Source: Prochlorococcus sp. AG-673-L20
GTDB taxonomy: Bacteria > Cyanobacteriota > Cyanobacteriia > PCC-6307 > Cyanobiaceae
Length of the DNA: 64,000 nucleotides
NCBI GenBank assembly: GCA_003211135.1
Contig: QCTN01000007.1
Coordinates: 200 to 64,199 of the forward strand
Direction: 5' to 3'
Both the position numbers and the translations under genes were made by a program. Under the pieces are notes generated by a model. It had not been told where the DNA came from, did no database searches, and saw only the letters and a program-made list of their open reading frames with translations. This document shows, piece by piece, positions 1-11,843 of this stretch (within the stretch, counting starts at the first letter, position 1; every line of letters starts with the position of its first letter).

Positions 1-129
1 GGAGGAAGAGTTAAAGATCTGCCGGGGGTAAGATACCATATAATAAGAGGAACTTTAGATACTGCAGGAGTCAAAGATAGACGTCAATCCAGGTCTAAAT
101 ATGGTGCAAAAGCCCCTAAAAATGATTAA
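1..129 (+). CDS. rpsL: 30S ribosomal protein S12, 3' end (partial)
   Basis: Frame 1 reads [42 protein letters not shown]; directly upstream of rpsG. Confidence 0.97.
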
Positions 130-155
130 TTTTTTAACTTCAATTCTTTTCTAAA

Positions 156-626
156 ATGTCACGTCGTAATGCAGCAGTAAAAAGACCGGTTTTACCAGAC
201 CCCCAATTTAATAGTCGTCTTGCCTCAATGATGATTTCTAGATTGATGAAACATGGTAAAAAATCTACTGCACAAAAAATACTATCAGATGCTTTCTCTC
301 TAATAAGTGAAAGAACAGGTGGAAATGCTGTGGAGTTATTTGAAACAGCCGTAAAGAATGCAACCCCATTGGTTGAGGTGAGAGCTAGAAGAGTTGGAGG
401 TGCAACCTATCAAGTTCCTATGGAAGTTCGTCAAGAGAGAGGAACTGCTATGGCATTAAGATGGCTGGTTACCTTTTCAAGAGGAAGAAATGGAAAGAGT
501 ATGTCGCAAAAGTTAGCAGGTGAATTAATGGATGCAGCTAATGAAACTGGCAGCGCAGTTAAGAAGAGAGAAGATACTCATAAAATGGCAGAAGCTAATA
601 AAGCTTTTGCTCACTACAGATACTAA
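156..626 (+). CDS. rpsG: 30S ribosomal protein S7
   Basis: [11 protein letters not shown] and [15 protein letters not shown] motifs; str operon position. Confidence 0.99.
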
Positions 627-730
627 TTTCGACCCAAAATGGTCCTTATTTAGTTTATTATTAAACAAAAGTTTATTTGATTAAATAAACTGTAGCTATT
701 TAGCAATTCATTCTATTTGGAGTTTTAACA

Positions 731-2806
731 TTGGCACGCGACTTTCCCCTTGAACGAGTAAGGAATATAGGTATAGCCGCTCATATTGATGCTGGTAAAA
801 CAACTACTACTGAGAGAATACTTTTTTATTCAGGGGTTGTTCATAAAATCGGAGAAGTACATGATGGTGCTGCCGTAACAGATTGGATGGCTCAAGAAAG
901 AGAAAGAGGAATTACTATCACAGCTGCTGCTATTTCTACAAGTTGGCAAGATCATAGAATTAATATTATTGATACTCCAGGCCACGTTGACTTCACAATT
1001 GAAGTTGAAAGATCAATGAGAGTTTTAGATGGTGTTATAGCTGTGTTTTGTGCGGTAGGAGGAGTTCAGCCACAATCAGAGACTGTTTGGAGACAAGCTG
1101 ATAGATACTCTGTCCCAAGGATGGTTTTCGTCAATAAGATGGATAGAACAGGCGCAGACTTCCTAAAGGTTAATCAACAAATTAAAGATCGTCTTAAAGC
1201 AAATGCTTTTCCTATTCAACTTCCAATAGGAGCTGAAGGTGATCTCTCAGGAATTATTGATTTAGTAAGTAACAAGGCTTATTTATACAAAAATGATCTA
1301 GGAACTGATATTGAAGAAGCTCCAATACCAGATGATATGAAAGACGAGGCATTGGAATGGAGAAGTAAATTAATGGAAAGTGTCGCAGAAAATGATGAAG
1401 AATTAATTGAAATATTTTTGGATAAGGGAGAATTAACTGAAGATCAATTAAAAAAAGGTATTAGAGAAGGAGTTCTCAAACATGGTTTGGTTCCTGTTTT
1501 ATGTGGATCAGCCTTTAAAAATACAGGGGTTCAATTAGTTCTTGATGCAGTAGTTGATTATTTACCAGCTCCAATTGATGTAAAACCAATTCAAGGTGTT
1601 TTACCAAATGGTAAGGAAGATGTTAGACCTTCGGATGACAATGCTCCTTTCAGTGCACTTGCTTTCAAAGTCATGTCTGATCCTTATGGAAAACTAACTT
1701 TTGTAAGAATGTATTCTGGAGTGCTTTCTAAAGGAAGTTATGTTATGAATTCAACTAAGGATGCTAAAGAGAGAATTTCAAGGTTAGTTATCTTAAAAGC
1801 AGATGAAAGAGAAGAAGTTGATGAATTAAGAGCAGGAGATTTAGGTGCTGTATTGGGATTGAAGAATACAACAACAGGTGATACCTTGTGTAATACCGAT
1901 GACCCAATAGTCCTAGAAACTTTATTTATCCCCGAACCTGTTATCTCAGTTGCTGTAGAACCAAAAACTAAAGGAGATATGGAGAAACTTTCTAAGGCCT
2001 TACAAGCCTTGTCTGAAGAAGATCCAACCTTTAGGGTAAGTACAGATCAAGAGACTAATCAGACTGTAATAGCCGGCATGGGGGAACTACATCTTGAAAT
2101 TCTTGTAGACAGAATGTTGAGAGAATTTAAAGTTGAGGCAAATATAGGCGCCCCTCAGGTTTCTTATAGAGAAACAATTAGATCAAGTTCCAAGGGTGAA
2201 GGAAAATATGCAAGACAAACAGGAGGTAAAGGACAATATGGACACGTAGTTATTGAAATGGAACCTGCCGAAGTCGGCAAAGGGTTTGAATTTGTTAACA
2301 AAATCGTGGGTGGAACTGTGCCAAAAGAATATATTGGACCAGCCTCAAATGGAATGAAAGAAACCTGTGAATCAGGGGTTCTTGCCGGTTATCCGCTGAT
2401 TGATGTAAAAGTAACACTAGTCGATGGTTCGTTCCACGATGTAGACTCATCTGAAATGGCCTTCAAAATTGCAGGTTCAATGGCTTTTAAAGATGGGGTT
2501 AAAAAATGCAATCCTGTCCTCTTAGAGCCTATGATGAAAGTCGAGGTCGAAAGTCCTGATGATTTTCTTGGATCTGTAATTGGTGATCTCTCTTCAAGGA
2601 GAGGTCAAGTCGAAGGACAATCTGTCGATGATGGATTGTCTAAAGTACAGGCCAAAGTGCCTTTAGCCGAAATGTTCGGTTATGCCACTCAACTCCGATC
2701 AATGACTCAAGGTCGGGGCATATTTTCAATGGAGTTCGCAAATTATGAGGAAGTTCCTCGTAACGTTGCTGAAGCTATCATTTCCAAGAATCAGGGCAAC
2801 TCCTGA
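731..2806 (+). CDS. fusA: Elongation factor G (TTG start)
   Basis: [27 protein letters not shown]; GGAG upstream of TTG. Confidence 0.99.
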   Translation: MARDFPLERVRNIGIAAHIDAGKTTTTERILFYSGVVHKIGEVHDGAAVTDWMAQERERGITITAAAISTSWQDHRINIIDTPGHVDFTIEVERSMRVLDGVIAVFCAVGGVQPQSETVWRQADRYSVPRMVFVNKMDRTGADFLKVNQQIKDRLKANAFPIQLPIGAEGDLSGIIDLVSNKAYLYKNDLGTDIEEAPIPDDMKDEALEWRSKLMESVAENDEELIEIFLDKGELTEDQLKKGIREGVLKHGLVPVLCGSAFKNTGVQLVLDAVVDYLPAPIDVKPIQGVLPNGKEDVRPSDDNAPFSALAFKVMSDPYGKLTFVRMYSGVLSKGSYVMNSTKDAKERISRLVILKADEREEVDELRAGDLGAVLGLKNTTTGDTLCNTDDPIVLETLFIPEPVISVAVEPKTKGDMEKLSKALQALSEEDPTFRVSTDQETNQTVIAGMGELHLEILVDRMLREFKVEANIGAPQVSYRETIRSSSKGEGKYARQTGGKGQYGHVVIEMEPAEVGKGFEFVNKIVGGTVPKEYIGPASNGMKETCESGVLAGYPLIDVKVTLVDGSFHDVDSSEMAFKIAGSMAFKDGVKKCNPVLLEPMMKVEVESPDDFLGSVIGDLSSRRGQVEGQSVDDGLSKVQAKVPLAEMFGYATQLRSMTQGRGIFSMEFANYEEVPRNVAEAIISKNQGNS

Positions 2807-2849
2807 TCTCTAAACTAAACACTCTTTAACCCTCGATTCTTTAATTCAA

Positions 2850-4049
2850 ATGGCTCGCGAGAAGTTCGAAAGGAACAAACCACATGTCAACATAGGTACT
2901 ATAGGCCACGTTGATCATGGAAAAACAACCCTGACTGCTGCTATTACAAATGTTCTAGCTAAAAAAGGTCAAGCACAAGCTCAAGATTATGGAGACATTG
3001 ATGGTGCTCCAGAAGAAAGAGAACGTGGTATTACAATTAATACGGCACACGTTGAATACGAAACTGAGGGCAGACATTATGCCCACGTTGATTGTCCAGG
3101 TCACGCTGATTATGTAAAAAATATGATCACTGGTGCGGCTCAAATGGATGGTGCAATTTTAGTTTGTGCGGCAACAGATGGTCCTATGGCTCAAACAAAG
3201 GAGCATATTCTTTTAGCAAAACAAGTTGGAGTTCCTGCTCTAGTTGTTGCATTGAATAAATGTGACATGGTTGATGATGAAGAAATCATTGAACTTGTTG
3301 AAATGGAAATCAGAGAACTTCTTGATAGTTATGATTTTCCAGGTGATGATATACCCATCGTTCAAGTCTCAGGTCTAAAAGCTTTAGAAGGAGATTCTAC
3401 TTGGGAATCTAAAATTGAAGAATTAATGACAGCCGTTGATGCCAGTATTCCTGAACCTGAAAGAGAAATTGACAAGCCATTTTTGATGGCAATTGAAGAT
3501 GTATTTTCTATTACAGGTAGAGGAACAGTTGCCACTGGAAGAATAGAGAGAGGAAAAGTCAAAGTTGGGGAAGAAGTTGAAATAGTTGGAATAAGAGATA
3601 CTAGATTGACTACTGTCACGGGTGTTGAAATGTTCCGTAAACTTCTTGATGAAGGTATGGCTGGAGATAATGTTGGGCTACTTTTACGTGGTGTTCAGAA
3701 AGAAGATATTGAAAGAGGGATGGTTCTTGTTAAAAAAGGTTCGATTACTCCTCATACAAAATTTGAGGGAGAAGTTTATGTCCTTAAGAAAGAAGAGGGT
3801 GGAAGACATACACCTTTCTTTGCTGGTTATCGACCACAATTTTATATAAGAACTACTGATGTAACTGGACAAATCACTGCATTCACCTCTGATGATGGTG
3901 CCAATGTTGAAATGGTAATGCCAGGTGACAGAATAAAAATGACTGGAGAATTAATTTGTCCAGTTGCCATTGAACAAGGTATGCGCTTTGCTATTCGTGA
4001 AGGTGGCCGGACTATTGGAGCTGGTGTTGTTTCTAAAATTATGGAATAA
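2850..4049 (+). CDS. tuf: Elongation factor Tu
   Basis: [34 protein letters not shown]. Confidence 0.99.
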   Translation: MAREKFERNKPHVNIGTIGHVDHGKTTLTAAITNVLAKKGQAQAQDYGDIDGAPEERERGITINTAHVEYETEGRHYAHVDCPGHADYVKNMITGAAQMDGAILVCAATDGPMAQTKEHILLAKQVGVPALVVALNKCDMVDDEEIIELVEMEIRELLDSYDFPGDDIPIVQVSGLKALEGDSTWESKIEELMTAVDASIPEPEREIDKPFLMAIEDVFSITGRGTVATGRIERGKVKVGEEVEIVGIRDTRLTTVTGVEMFRKLLDEGMAGDNVGLLLRGVQKEDIERGMVLVKKGSITPHTKFEGEVYVLKKEEGGRHTPFFAGYRPQFYIRTTDVTGQITAFTSDDGANVEMVMPGDRIKMTGELICPVAIEQGMRFAIREGGRTIGAGVVSKIME

Positions 4050-4109
4050 TTTTCTTTAATATTATGAAGTTAACCTTTGATAATCTAAAATAGTTAAATG
4101 CAGAGATAT

Positions 4110-4132
4110 GGGTTATTGATAATCAATAACCC
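4110..4132 (+). promoter_or_regulatory. Perfect inverted repeat/hairpin in the tuf-rpsJ spacer
   Basis: GGGTTATTGA-TAA-TCAATAACCC; function inferred only. Confidence 0.5.
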
Positions 4133-4158
4133 TCTTAAAAAGAGATTAATTTAAACTT

Positions 4159-4479
4159 ATGACAGCTTCACTTACTCAACAAAAAATACGTATCAGATTA
4201 AAAGCCTTTGACAGAAGAATGCTAGATTTGTCATGTGACAAAATAATTCAAACAGCAGATACAACCGCTGCTTCAGCTATAGGACCTATTCCATTACCAA
4301 CAAAGAGAAAAATTTATTGCGTGTTAAGATCTCCTCATGTAGATAAGGATTCTAGAGAGCATTTCGAGACTAGAACTCATAGAAGAATAATTGATATTTA
4401 TAGTCCTTCTGCTAAAACTATAGATGCTTTAATGAAATTGGATCTTCCTAGTGGTGTAGATATAGAAGTTAAATTATAA
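4159..4479 (+). CDS. rpsJ: 30S ribosomal protein S10
   Basis: [31 protein letters not shown]. Confidence 0.99.
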   Translation: MTASLTQQKIRIRLKAFDRRMLDLSCDKIIQTADTTAASAIGPIPLPTKRKIYCVLRSPHVDKDSREHFETRTHRRIIDIYSPSAKTIDALMKLDLPSGVDIEVKL

Positions 4480-4535
4480 GAAATCCCGAATAGAACTTTA
4501 ATTCACTAAAATATAAAAAACAATTTGAGGTTTAA

Positions 4536-5192
4536 ATGGGAGAGCTTTCAGTAAGGGAATTACCCTTGTTCCCTCTACCAGAAGTTGTCCTTTTCCCACA
4601 AGAAGTCTTACCACTACATATTTTTGAGTCGAGATATAGAATTATGCTTAAATCTGTACTTGAATCTGATTCAATGTTTGGAGTAATTAAATGGGATCCC
4701 AATAAAAAGAGTATGGCTAATGTTGGATGTTGTGCTCAGATAATAAAACATCAAACGGCTGAAGATGGTAGGAGTAATATAATTACCTTGGGACAGCAAA
4801 GATTTCAAGTTCTTGAAATTGTACGTTCAACACCTTATTGCTCAGCAATGGTAAGTTGGATCAATGACGAGAATATTGATAGTTTTCAAAGTTTAGACCT
4901 TTTAAGAGATTCAGTTACTGAAGCATTAAATGATGTAGTTAAATTAACTAGTAAATTAACTAATTCTCAAAAAGTTCTTCCTGATAAGTTACCTGATAAC
5001 CCTATGGAACTGTCCTTTTGGATCGGTGCTCATTTGGGGGGTCCAGTAGCTGAAGAGCAGCAAAAACTTTTAGAGGAGAGGAATACACATTCTCGTTTAC
5101 AAAGAGAGTTTGAAATGTTAGATCATACTAGAAAACAATTAGCAGCTAGAACGGCTTTAAAAGAAAGTTTTCCTGATATCACAGAAAACTAA
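4536..5192 (+). CDS. Stand-alone LON peptidase N-terminal (substrate-binding) domain protein
   Basis: LPLFPL-VVLFP-LPLHIFESRY and DGRSNI..G..RF motifs; no AAA or protease domain. Confidence 0.88.
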   Translation: MGELSVRELPLFPLPEVVLFPQEVLPLHIFESRYRIMLKSVLESDSMFGVIKWDPNKKSMANVGCCAQIIKHQTAEDGRSNIITLGQQRFQVLEIVRSTPYCSAMVSWINDENIDSFQSLDLLRDSVTEALNDVVKLTSKLTNSQKVLPDKLPDNPMELSFWIGAHLGGPVAEEQQKLLEERNTHSRLQREFEMLDHTRKQLAARTALKESFPDITEN

Positions 5193-6128
5193 ATGTCTAT
5201 AATTTTAATATCTTCCATTGTTATATTTTTAACTTTATTATTTTCTTCTTTAATACTCTGGAGAAATAATACTAGAAAATATATTTCTTCAGGAACTGTA
5301 GCTACAGCATATGATTCCTGGACTCAAGATAAATTACTTGAGAGATTGTGGGGTGAGCATATACATTTAGGTTTTTATCCTCCAAATAAAAATATTGATT
5401 TTAGAGAGGCTAAAGTGCAATTTGTACATGAGTTAGTAAGTTGGAGTGGTTTAGATAAATTGCCTAGAGGTTCTAGGGTTTTAGATGTCGGTTGCGGAAT
5501 AGGTGGAAGTTCTAGAATTCTCGCAAATTATTATGGATTTAATGTCACTGGAATAACTATTAGTCCAGCTCAAGTAAAAAGAGCAAAAGAACTTACGCCT
5601 TATCAATGTAAATGCAATTTCAAAGTTATGGATGCCTTGGATTTGAAATTTGAAGAGGGATCATTTGATGGTGTTTGGAGTGTAGAGGCGGGTGCCCATA
5701 TGAATAACAAAACTAAATTTGCAGATCAAATGTTAAAAACTTTAAGACCAGGAGGATATTTAGCATTGGCTGATTGGAATTCAAGAGATTTACAAACGCA
5801 ACCCCCATCAATGATTGAAAAAATAATTTTAAAACAATTACTTGAACAATGGGTGCATCCTAAATTTATGAGTATCGATGACTTTAGAAGTATTCTTATA
5901 AATAACAAAAATAGTTCAGGTCAAGTTATATCCTCAAATTGGAATTCTTTTACAAATCCATCTTGGTTTGATTCTATATTTGAAGGTATGAGAAGACCTA
6001 ATGCAATTTTGTCCCTTGGTCCAGGAGCCATTATAAAGTCTTTAAGAGAAATACCTACAATTTTACTAATGGATTGGGCCTTTAAAAAAGGTTTAATGGA
6101 ATTTGGAGTTTATAAATGTAGAGGTTAA
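5193..6128 (+). CDS. SAM-dependent methyltransferase, MPBQ/MSBQ (gamma-tocopherol MT-like) family
   Basis: WGEHIHLG, VLDVGCGIGGSSR, WSVEAGAH; N-terminal hydrophobic segment. Confidence 0.85.
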   Translation: MSIILISSIVIFLTLLFSSLILWRNNTRKYISSGTVATAYDSWTQDKLLERLWGEHIHLGFYPPNKNIDFREAKVQFVHELVSWSGLDKLPRGSRVLDVGCGIGGSSRILANYYGFNVTGITISPAQVKRAKELTPYQCKCNFKVMDALDLKFEEGSFDGVWSVEAGAHMNNKTKFADQMLKTLRPGGYLALADWNSRDLQTQPPSMIEKIILKQLLEQWVHPKFMSIDDFRSILINNKNSSGQVISSNWNSFTNPSWFDSIFEGMRRPNAILSLGPGAIIKSLREIPTILLMDWAFKKGLMEFGVYKCRG

Positions 6129-6974
6129 TTAATCTAAATTGATCTTTTCTGATAAATAACAGCCGAAATCGACTAAATGTTCACATAGGGGTTTTAATTT
6201 TTTCTTTAATTTATTAAAAGCTTCAATATTAGTCTTATTATTTATTTCAACATCAACATAGATTATATATTCTCCTAGTTCTCTTTTTGAAGGTCTAGAC
6301 TCTATTTTGCTCATATTGAATCCAAATTCTGCAATAAAATTTAAAGCTTCTAGTAAAGCACCCGGATTATTTGAGAGTAATGAGAAGGCAAAACTGGCAA
6401 TATTAGATCTATCTTCAATGTAATCTTTACTCAACAAAACAAATCTTGTACAATTTCCCGGAACATCATTAATAGGAAATGCTAATTCTTTAAGTCCTTC
6501 TATTTTAATAAGAGATTTCGATCCAATAGCGGCTCTAAATGAACTTCCTTTTACCATATGCACAGCTTCTGAAGTTGATTTCGTTGATAAAGTAATTGCT
6601 TCTGGAAGGTTCTCAGATAGCCATCCTGAGCATTGAGCTAAAGCTTGTGGATGAGATAGCACCTCAGATATCTCTGAAATCTTGCCATCACTAATTAATG
6701 CATGTTTTATTGGCAAAACAATTGCTTTATTAATATTAATGTCAGAATATTTCCAAAGTGCGTCTAAAGTTGTTGTCACTCCTCCTTCAACAGAGTTCTC
6801 AATGGGAACTATTGCTGCATCACAATTGTTGTAGGCTATTGATTTAATAACCGAATATAACCCGTTACATGGTACAAATAAAGGTGACTTAAAATTAGCA
6901 AGCTTCGATAAAATATGAGCTGCTTTTTCAGCGTATGTCCCTTTAGGGCCTAAATATGCAACTTGTTTGCTCAT
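6129..6974 (-). CDS. pheA: Prephenate dehydratase
   Basis: AYLGPKGTY, PIENSVEG, SHPQALAQC, NCTRF, KIESRP (ACT domain). Confidence 0.96.
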   Translation of the reverse strand: MSKQVAYLGPKGTYAEKAAHILSKLANFKSPLFVPCNGLYSVIKSIAYNNCDAAIVPIENSVEGGVTTTLDALWKYSDININKAIVLPIKHALISDGKISEISEVLSHPQALAQCSGWLSENLPEAITLSTKSTSEAVHMVKGSSFRAAIGSKSLIKIEGLKELAFPINDVPGNCTRFVLLSKDYIEDRSNIASFAFSLLSNNPGALLEALNFIAEFGFNMSKIESRPSKRELGEYIIYVDVEINNKTNIEAFNKLKKKLKPLCEHLVDFGCYLSEKINLD

Positions 6975-7026
6975 GGTTAATCGTAAGAAAAAAAGAAATC
7001 AAATAAGCATTGGAGGTATATAGAAA

Positions 7027-7545
7027 ATGCTTTTAGCTTTTGATGCTAAACAGAAACTTAAGCTTTCTGTTGCTAGGAATAAAGAATATCTTTCTAAATA
7101 TCTTTTGGAGGAAGAAAGAGTTGTTGGGGCAATGCTAGACCCAAATAAATTAGAACCTGAAGGGAAAGGAATGTATAAATATACTGTAACAAGTTTCAAG
7201 GTTTTTCAATTAGATGTTAAACCTCTTGTATCAATTGCAGTTGAGAATAATGAGGGTATCTTAAAAATGAGTGCTATTGATAGTAAATTAGATGGTTTAG
7301 GTATAGTTGAAGATTTTAATTTAGTTTTGAAAGCAAATTTAGAGGCAACAAATTTTGGGTTAGAAGGTGAAGCCTTACTCGGAGTTTCAGTTAGTCAACC
7401 GCCTCTTTTGAAGCTTTTGCCAAAGAAAATTTTGGAATCTACAGGTCATTCAGTATTGAATGGAATTTTATTAGGAATAAAATCAAGAGTTCAACAACAA
7501 TTAATAAAAGATTTTGTAAATTGGTGCGAATTAAATCAGATTTAA
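7027..7545 (+). CDS. Conserved cyanobacterial protein, DUF1997 family
   Basis: Length, C-terminal PPLL..LP..ILESTG..VL pattern, position between pheA and rnhB. Confidence 0.75.
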   Translation: MLLAFDAKQKLKLSVARNKEYLSKYLLEEERVVGAMLDPNKLEPEGKGMYKYTVTSFKVFQLDVKPLVSIAVENNEGILKMSAIDSKLDGLGIVEDFNLVLKANLEATNFGLEGEALLGVSVSQPPLLKLLPKKILESTGHSVLNGILLGIKSRVQQQLIKDFVNWCELNQI

Positions 7546-8112
7546 CTTATTTAAGAAACTTTTTCTATGGAGATTCGTTAGTCCATTTTCTTTAAGACTT
7601 GCAAAATGTTCTTTAGTGCCATATCCTTTGTTTTTAAATATGAAATATCCAGGATATTTGCTTTCTAATCTTTCCATCAAAGAGTCACGCGATACTTTAG
7701 CAATTATGCTTGCAGCAGCTATTGAAATAAATTTAGAATCACCTGAGATTATATTTCTTTGATTACCATCCCAAAGTCTTAATGATAAAGGACCGTCAAT
7801 TATCAGTTCAGATGGTACATCTTTTAACTTTTTAACTGCTCTAATCATTGAAAGTTCAGTTGCATATCTTATCCCCAATAAATCTATCTCTCGAACTGAA
7901 GACTGCCCCGTACTGTAATCTGATGATAATGCAATAATTTTAGGAAAAAGATCTTTTCTTTTTTTGGGAGTTAATTTTTTACTATCATTAACTCCCAACC
8001 TTTTGAGAGTTAATCCATTTTTTTCAGTCAGAACTATAGCTGCAGAAAATACAGGTCCAAAAACTGAACCACGACCTACTTCGTCAATACCTATCTCAGA
8101 AACTTTATTCAA
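7531..8112 (-). CDS. rnhB: Ribonuclease HII
   Basis: [33 protein letters not shown]. Confidence 0.97.
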   Translation of the reverse strand: MNKVSEIGIDEVGRGSVFGPVFSAAIVLTEKNGLTLKRLGVNDSKKLTPKKRKDLFPKIIALSSDYSTGQSSVREIDLLGIRYATELSMIRAVKKLKDVPSELIIDGPLSLRLWDGNQRNIISGDSKFISIAAASIIAKVSRDSLMERLESKYPGYFIFKNKGYGTKEHFASLKENGLTNLHRKSFLNKLNLI

Positions 8113-9925
8113 TAATTGCAGATGATCTTCTTCTTTTTCGTCTTAAATTATCATTTTCTTCTGTAAGTTCTATTTCTTGGTTCTCATTTATTATTTTGGT
8201 TAATTTATTTTCGGGATTAGCTTCTTTAGAGTCGTCTACTTTAACCTCTTCTCTTAGATGAGAATTTGAGGTTTTTTTATTTATTTTCTTACTTGAAACT
8301 TTATTATTTTCTTTTTCATTTTGCTCAGAAGCAGTTTGTTTTTCTTCGTTCTTAATATCGTCTAAACGAACTAAGTGATTACTATTAAGATATTCTTTTC
8401 CTAATTTAATTAATGGATTAATACCTAATTGGCTATAAACTATTTTCTCATCGTTAGTGAGCTCAACTGTGATTACTTTCTTTTCTCTACGATTATTCGT
8501 ATTGATTACTTCATTATCATTTCCCCTTTTATTGGAATGATCATCGTCTTTAGTGAAATTTTTGGTGTTATTTAACTCTTCCTTAATTATCGTTTCCTGA
8601 TTCTCAATTAATTGAATCGGAGCTATATCTGACATTTTTGTGGTATTTATCTTACTGGTTTTTTTTGTATTTTGATTGGCTTTTAAAGCATTATTTTTAT
8701 AATTTGGTAAATTTTCTATATGTCCTAATCCATTGCAGTTATTACATTTAGTGCCAAATAATTCATATATATTTTGACCTTGTCTTTTTCTTGTTAATTC
8801 TACTAAACCTAACTCAGTTAATTGAGCTATCTGTGGCCTTGCTGAATCATCTTTAATAGCTGAAGTGAAATGTTCAAGTAATTGAAATTGATCTCTTCGA
8901 GATTCCATATCTATAAAATCTATAACTAAAACTCCACCAATATTTCTTAATTTCATTTGCCTAGAAATTTCTAGAGCTGCTTCACAATTCGTCCATAAAA
9001 CAGTTTGTCTTGAATTGGCTGATCTTGTGAAAGATCCAGAGTTCACGTCAATTACTGTCAATGCTTCAGTAGGTTCAATAATTATGTATCCTCCTGAAGG
9101 TAAATCTACTCTGGGCTGAAGGGCCTTTTGAATAGTTTTATTAATTTGGTATTTTTCTAAAATATGTTCATTTATTTCATTATTATGAAAAACAAGTTCC
9201 ACACTAGTGTCATTATTAACTAAAAATTCTTTTGCTTTTTCGAGGGCGATTTTATTGTCAATTACAATTTTTTTAGTAGATGATTTAATGCAATCTCTTA
9301 AGATTTTTAATGAAAAATCTTCATCTCTACTTATTAAACTTGGTGGCGGAGTATTCTCTGAACTTTTTAAAACTTGATCCCATTGTTGAATTAAATTTTC
9401 TAAATCTTCAATAAGTAATTCTTCTTTGATTTGTTCGGCTTCAGTTCGAAATAATAATCCTGTGCTAGGAGGTTTAATTAAAACTCCAAGAGCTCTTAAA
9501 CGACTTCTTTCAGTCTCGGTATTTATCTTTCTAGAAATATTGACTCCTTGTCCATGAGGTTGCAATATTAAATATTTGCCAGGTAATGAAATATTACCTG
9601 TAAGTCTAGGACCTTTACTCCCGGTCGGTTCTTTCATTACTTGAACGAGAACTTTTTGTTTTGGTTCAAGAAGTTCAGTAATTCCAACAACACCTTTTTT
9701 TAACCTTAATGGACCAAGATCTGATACATGAATGAATCCATTTTTTTCACTTTCTCCAATATCTATAAAGGCAGCATCAATTCCTGGGAGAACATTTTCA
9801 ACAGTTCCTAAAAAAATATCCCCGATTTGATATTGACCTTGTGCGACGATCAATTCATCAACTTGATCATCTGTGAGTAGTGCTGCAATACGCGCCTGCT
9901 CAGCTATTACAATTTGCTGAGACAT
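8105..9925 (-). CDS. rne: Ribonuclease E
   Basis: AAFIDIG, IDVNSG, LRNIGG..VIDFIDM, Zn-link CxxC, C-terminal RRKRRRSSA (cyanobacterial PNPase-binding motif). Confidence 0.97.
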   Translation of the reverse strand: MSQQIVIAEQARIAALLTDDQVDELIVAQGQYQIGDIFLGTVENVLPGIDAAFIDIGESEKNGFIHVSDLGPLRLKKGVVGITELLEPKQKVLVQVMKEPTGSKGPRLTGNISLPGKYLILQPHGQGVNISRKINTETERSRLRALGVLIKPPSTGLLFRTEAEQIKEELLIEDLENLIQQWDQVLKSSENTPPPSLISRDEDFSLKILRDCIKSSTKKIVIDNKIALEKAKEFLVNNDTSVELVFHNNEINEHILEKYQINKTIQKALQPRVDLPSGGYIIIEPTEALTVIDVNSGSFTRSANSRQTVLWTNCEAALEISRQMKLRNIGGVLVIDFIDMESRRDQFQLLEHFTSAIKDDSARPQIAQLTELGLVELTRKRQGQNIYELFGTKCNNCNGLGHIENLPNYKNNALKANQNTKKTSKINTTKMSDIAPIQLIENQETIIKEELNNTKNFTKDDDHSNKRGNDNEVINTNNRREKKVITVELTNDEKIVYSQLGINPLIKLGKEYLNSNHLVRLDDIKNEEKQTASEQNEKENNKVSSKKINKKTSNSHLREEVKVDDSKEANPENKLTKIINENQEIELTEENDNLRRKRRRSSAIIE

Positions 9926-10150
9926 AAAAGTTTTTTAAGTATGGTTTTGAATTTTTGAAAATCGATAAAATGTAAATAATTAAATATTAAATTATTTACT
10001 AACAATTTCTAGGTAGCTAAGTTTATTAGATTTTTTAAAATAGTTAAATAGCAGTTTAATCTGCTAAGTATTTAAGTTTTAGACGACTTTCAAACGATTT
10101 GAAATTGATTAAATAGCTATGATTATTTCTATAATAAAACCATAACCACC
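9926..10150 (-). promoter_or_regulatory. Putative long structured 5' UTR of rne
   Basis: Long-range complement 9940-9948/10136-10144, several internal inverted repeats, TAATAT -10-like box on the minus strand at 10154-10159. Confidence 0.55.
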
Positions 10151-10225
10151 TTTATATTAACATCTAATTCCCGCTTAAGTACATCGATCCATTATTCTAA
10201 AGTTGTTTAAGTTCTTATTTTTAAA

Positions 10226-11452
10226 GTGGTTCAAGTAAACGAAAATTATTTAAAACTCAAAGCAGGATACCTTTTTCCTGAAATTTCAAAAAGAGTTAGA
10301 ACTTATACTCAAGCTAACAGTAGTAGGGAAGTTATTAAGCTTGGAATAGGGGATGTGACGGAGCCGCTACCTAAAGCTTGTGTTAATGCTATGGGAAAAG
10401 CATTAAATGAAATGGGAACAAATAACGGATTTAAAGGTTATGGCCCAGAGCAAGGGTATGGATGGCTTAGGGAAAAAATTTCTGAAAATGATTTTATATC
10501 AAGAGGGTGTCAAATTTCACCGGAAGAAATATTTGTTTCTGATGGTTCAAAATGCGATAGCAGCAATATCTTAGACATTCTTGGGGATGATAATTTAATT
10601 GCTGTAACTGATCCGGTTTATCCTGTTTATGTCGATACTAATGTGATGACTGGGAGAACAGGAGAAACACTTCAAGACGGTACTTATCAAGGATTATTAT
10701 ATTTAGCGATTAATGAAGAAAATAATTTTCAACCTGAAATACCAAAAAATAAAGTTGATATTGTTTATCTTTGTTTTCCAAATAATCCAACTGGGGCAAC
10801 AATTACTAAACAAGAATTGAAAAAATGGGTTGATTACGCTATCGAAAACAAGTCTTTGATTCTTTTTGATGCAGCTTATGAAGCTTTTATTCAAGACAAA
10901 GATATTCCTCATTCAATATATGAGATTGAGGGGGCAAAAAATTGTGCTATCGAATTTAGATCTTTCTCAAAAAATGCAGGATTTACTGGAGTTAGATGCG
11001 CTTATACAGTCATACCAAAAAATCTATCAGGACAAAATTCAAAAGGGGATAAAATTGATTTATGGTCATTATGGAATAGGCGACAATGTACTAAATTTAA
11101 TGGAGTAAGCTATATCGTACAAAGAGGAGCTGAAGCCGTATATTCTTCGCAAGGTAAAAAAGAGGTTAATTCTTTAATTGACTTTTATATGAAAAATGCA
11201 GAAATTATGCAAGATAAGCTAAGAAGTGCAGGTTTTAAAGTGTATGGTGGTGATAATGCACCATATGTTTGGATCAAAGTACCAGCTAAAATGACTTCAT
11301 GGGACTTTTTTGATTATTTACTTGAAAAAGCTGATGTCGTAGGTACACCAGGAAGTGGATTTGGATTGGCTGGTGAGGGCTATTTTAGATTATCTGCCTT
11401 TAATTCAAGATTAAATGTTAATAATGCAATGGAACGAATAATTAATATATAA
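10226..11452 (+). CDS. dapL: LL-diaminopimelate aminotransferase (GTG start)
   Basis: [38 protein letters not shown]. Confidence 0.95.
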   Translation: MVQVNENYLKLKAGYLFPEISKRVRTYTQANSSREVIKLGIGDVTEPLPKACVNAMGKALNEMGTNNGFKGYGPEQGYGWLREKISENDFISRGCQISPEEIFVSDGSKCDSSNILDILGDDNLIAVTDPVYPVYVDTNVMTGRTGETLQDGTYQGLLYLAINEENNFQPEIPKNKVDIVYLCFPNNPTGATITKQELKKWVDYAIENKSLILFDAAYEAFIQDKDIPHSIYEIEGAKNCAIEFRSFSKNAGFTGVRCAYTVIPKNLSGQNSKGDKIDLWSLWNRRQCTKFNGVSYIVQRGAEAVYSSQGKKEVNSLIDFYMKNAEIMQDKLRSAGFKVYGGDNAPYVWIKVPAKMTSWDFFDYLLEKADVVGTPGSGFGLAGEGYFRLSAFNSRLNVNNAMERIINI

Positions 11453-11490
11453 TGATCAATAGATTTTCTTGTAATTACAATCAAAAAGTA

Positions 11491-11808
11491 ATGTCAAATA
11501 TAAAGTTTGAAAAAGGGGAAAATAATAACGCAGCAGTGTTGGAGAAAAAAACAGCCCCGTTAAAAAATAAATCACCAAAATACAAAGTTTTACTTCACAA
11601 TGACCCAGTCAATTCGATGGAGTATGTCACTAATGCGCTTAGAGAAGTAGTACCGCAATTAAGTGAACAAGATGCTATCTCTATTATGCTTGAAGCTCAT
11701 AATACTGGTGTTGGTTTAGTTATTGTGTGTGATTTAGAGCCTGCTGAATTTTATTCAGAATCTTTAAAATCAAAAGGGATATCAAGTTCAATTGAAAAAG
11801 AAGATTAA
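11491..11808 (+). CDS. clpS: ATP-dependent Clp protease adaptor ClpS (start uncertain; ORF is open from 11452)
   Basis: YKVLLHNDPVNSMEYV, MLEAH..G. Confidence 0.93.
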   Translation: MSNIKFEKGENNNAAVLEKKTAPLKNKSPKYKVLLHNDPVNSMEYVTNALREVVPQLSEQDAISIMLEAHNTGVGLVIVCDLEPAEFYSESLKSKGISSSIEKED

Positions 11809-11843
11809 TTAACTTCTTAGTGATGAATTTATTTTAAATACTT

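Noticed and set aside
2955-3872. Short antisense or alternate-frame ORFs inside tuf (likewise in rpoB/C, infB, atpA and others)
   Set aside because: Shadow ORFs from codon bias of conserved genes; no recognisable motifs or RBS
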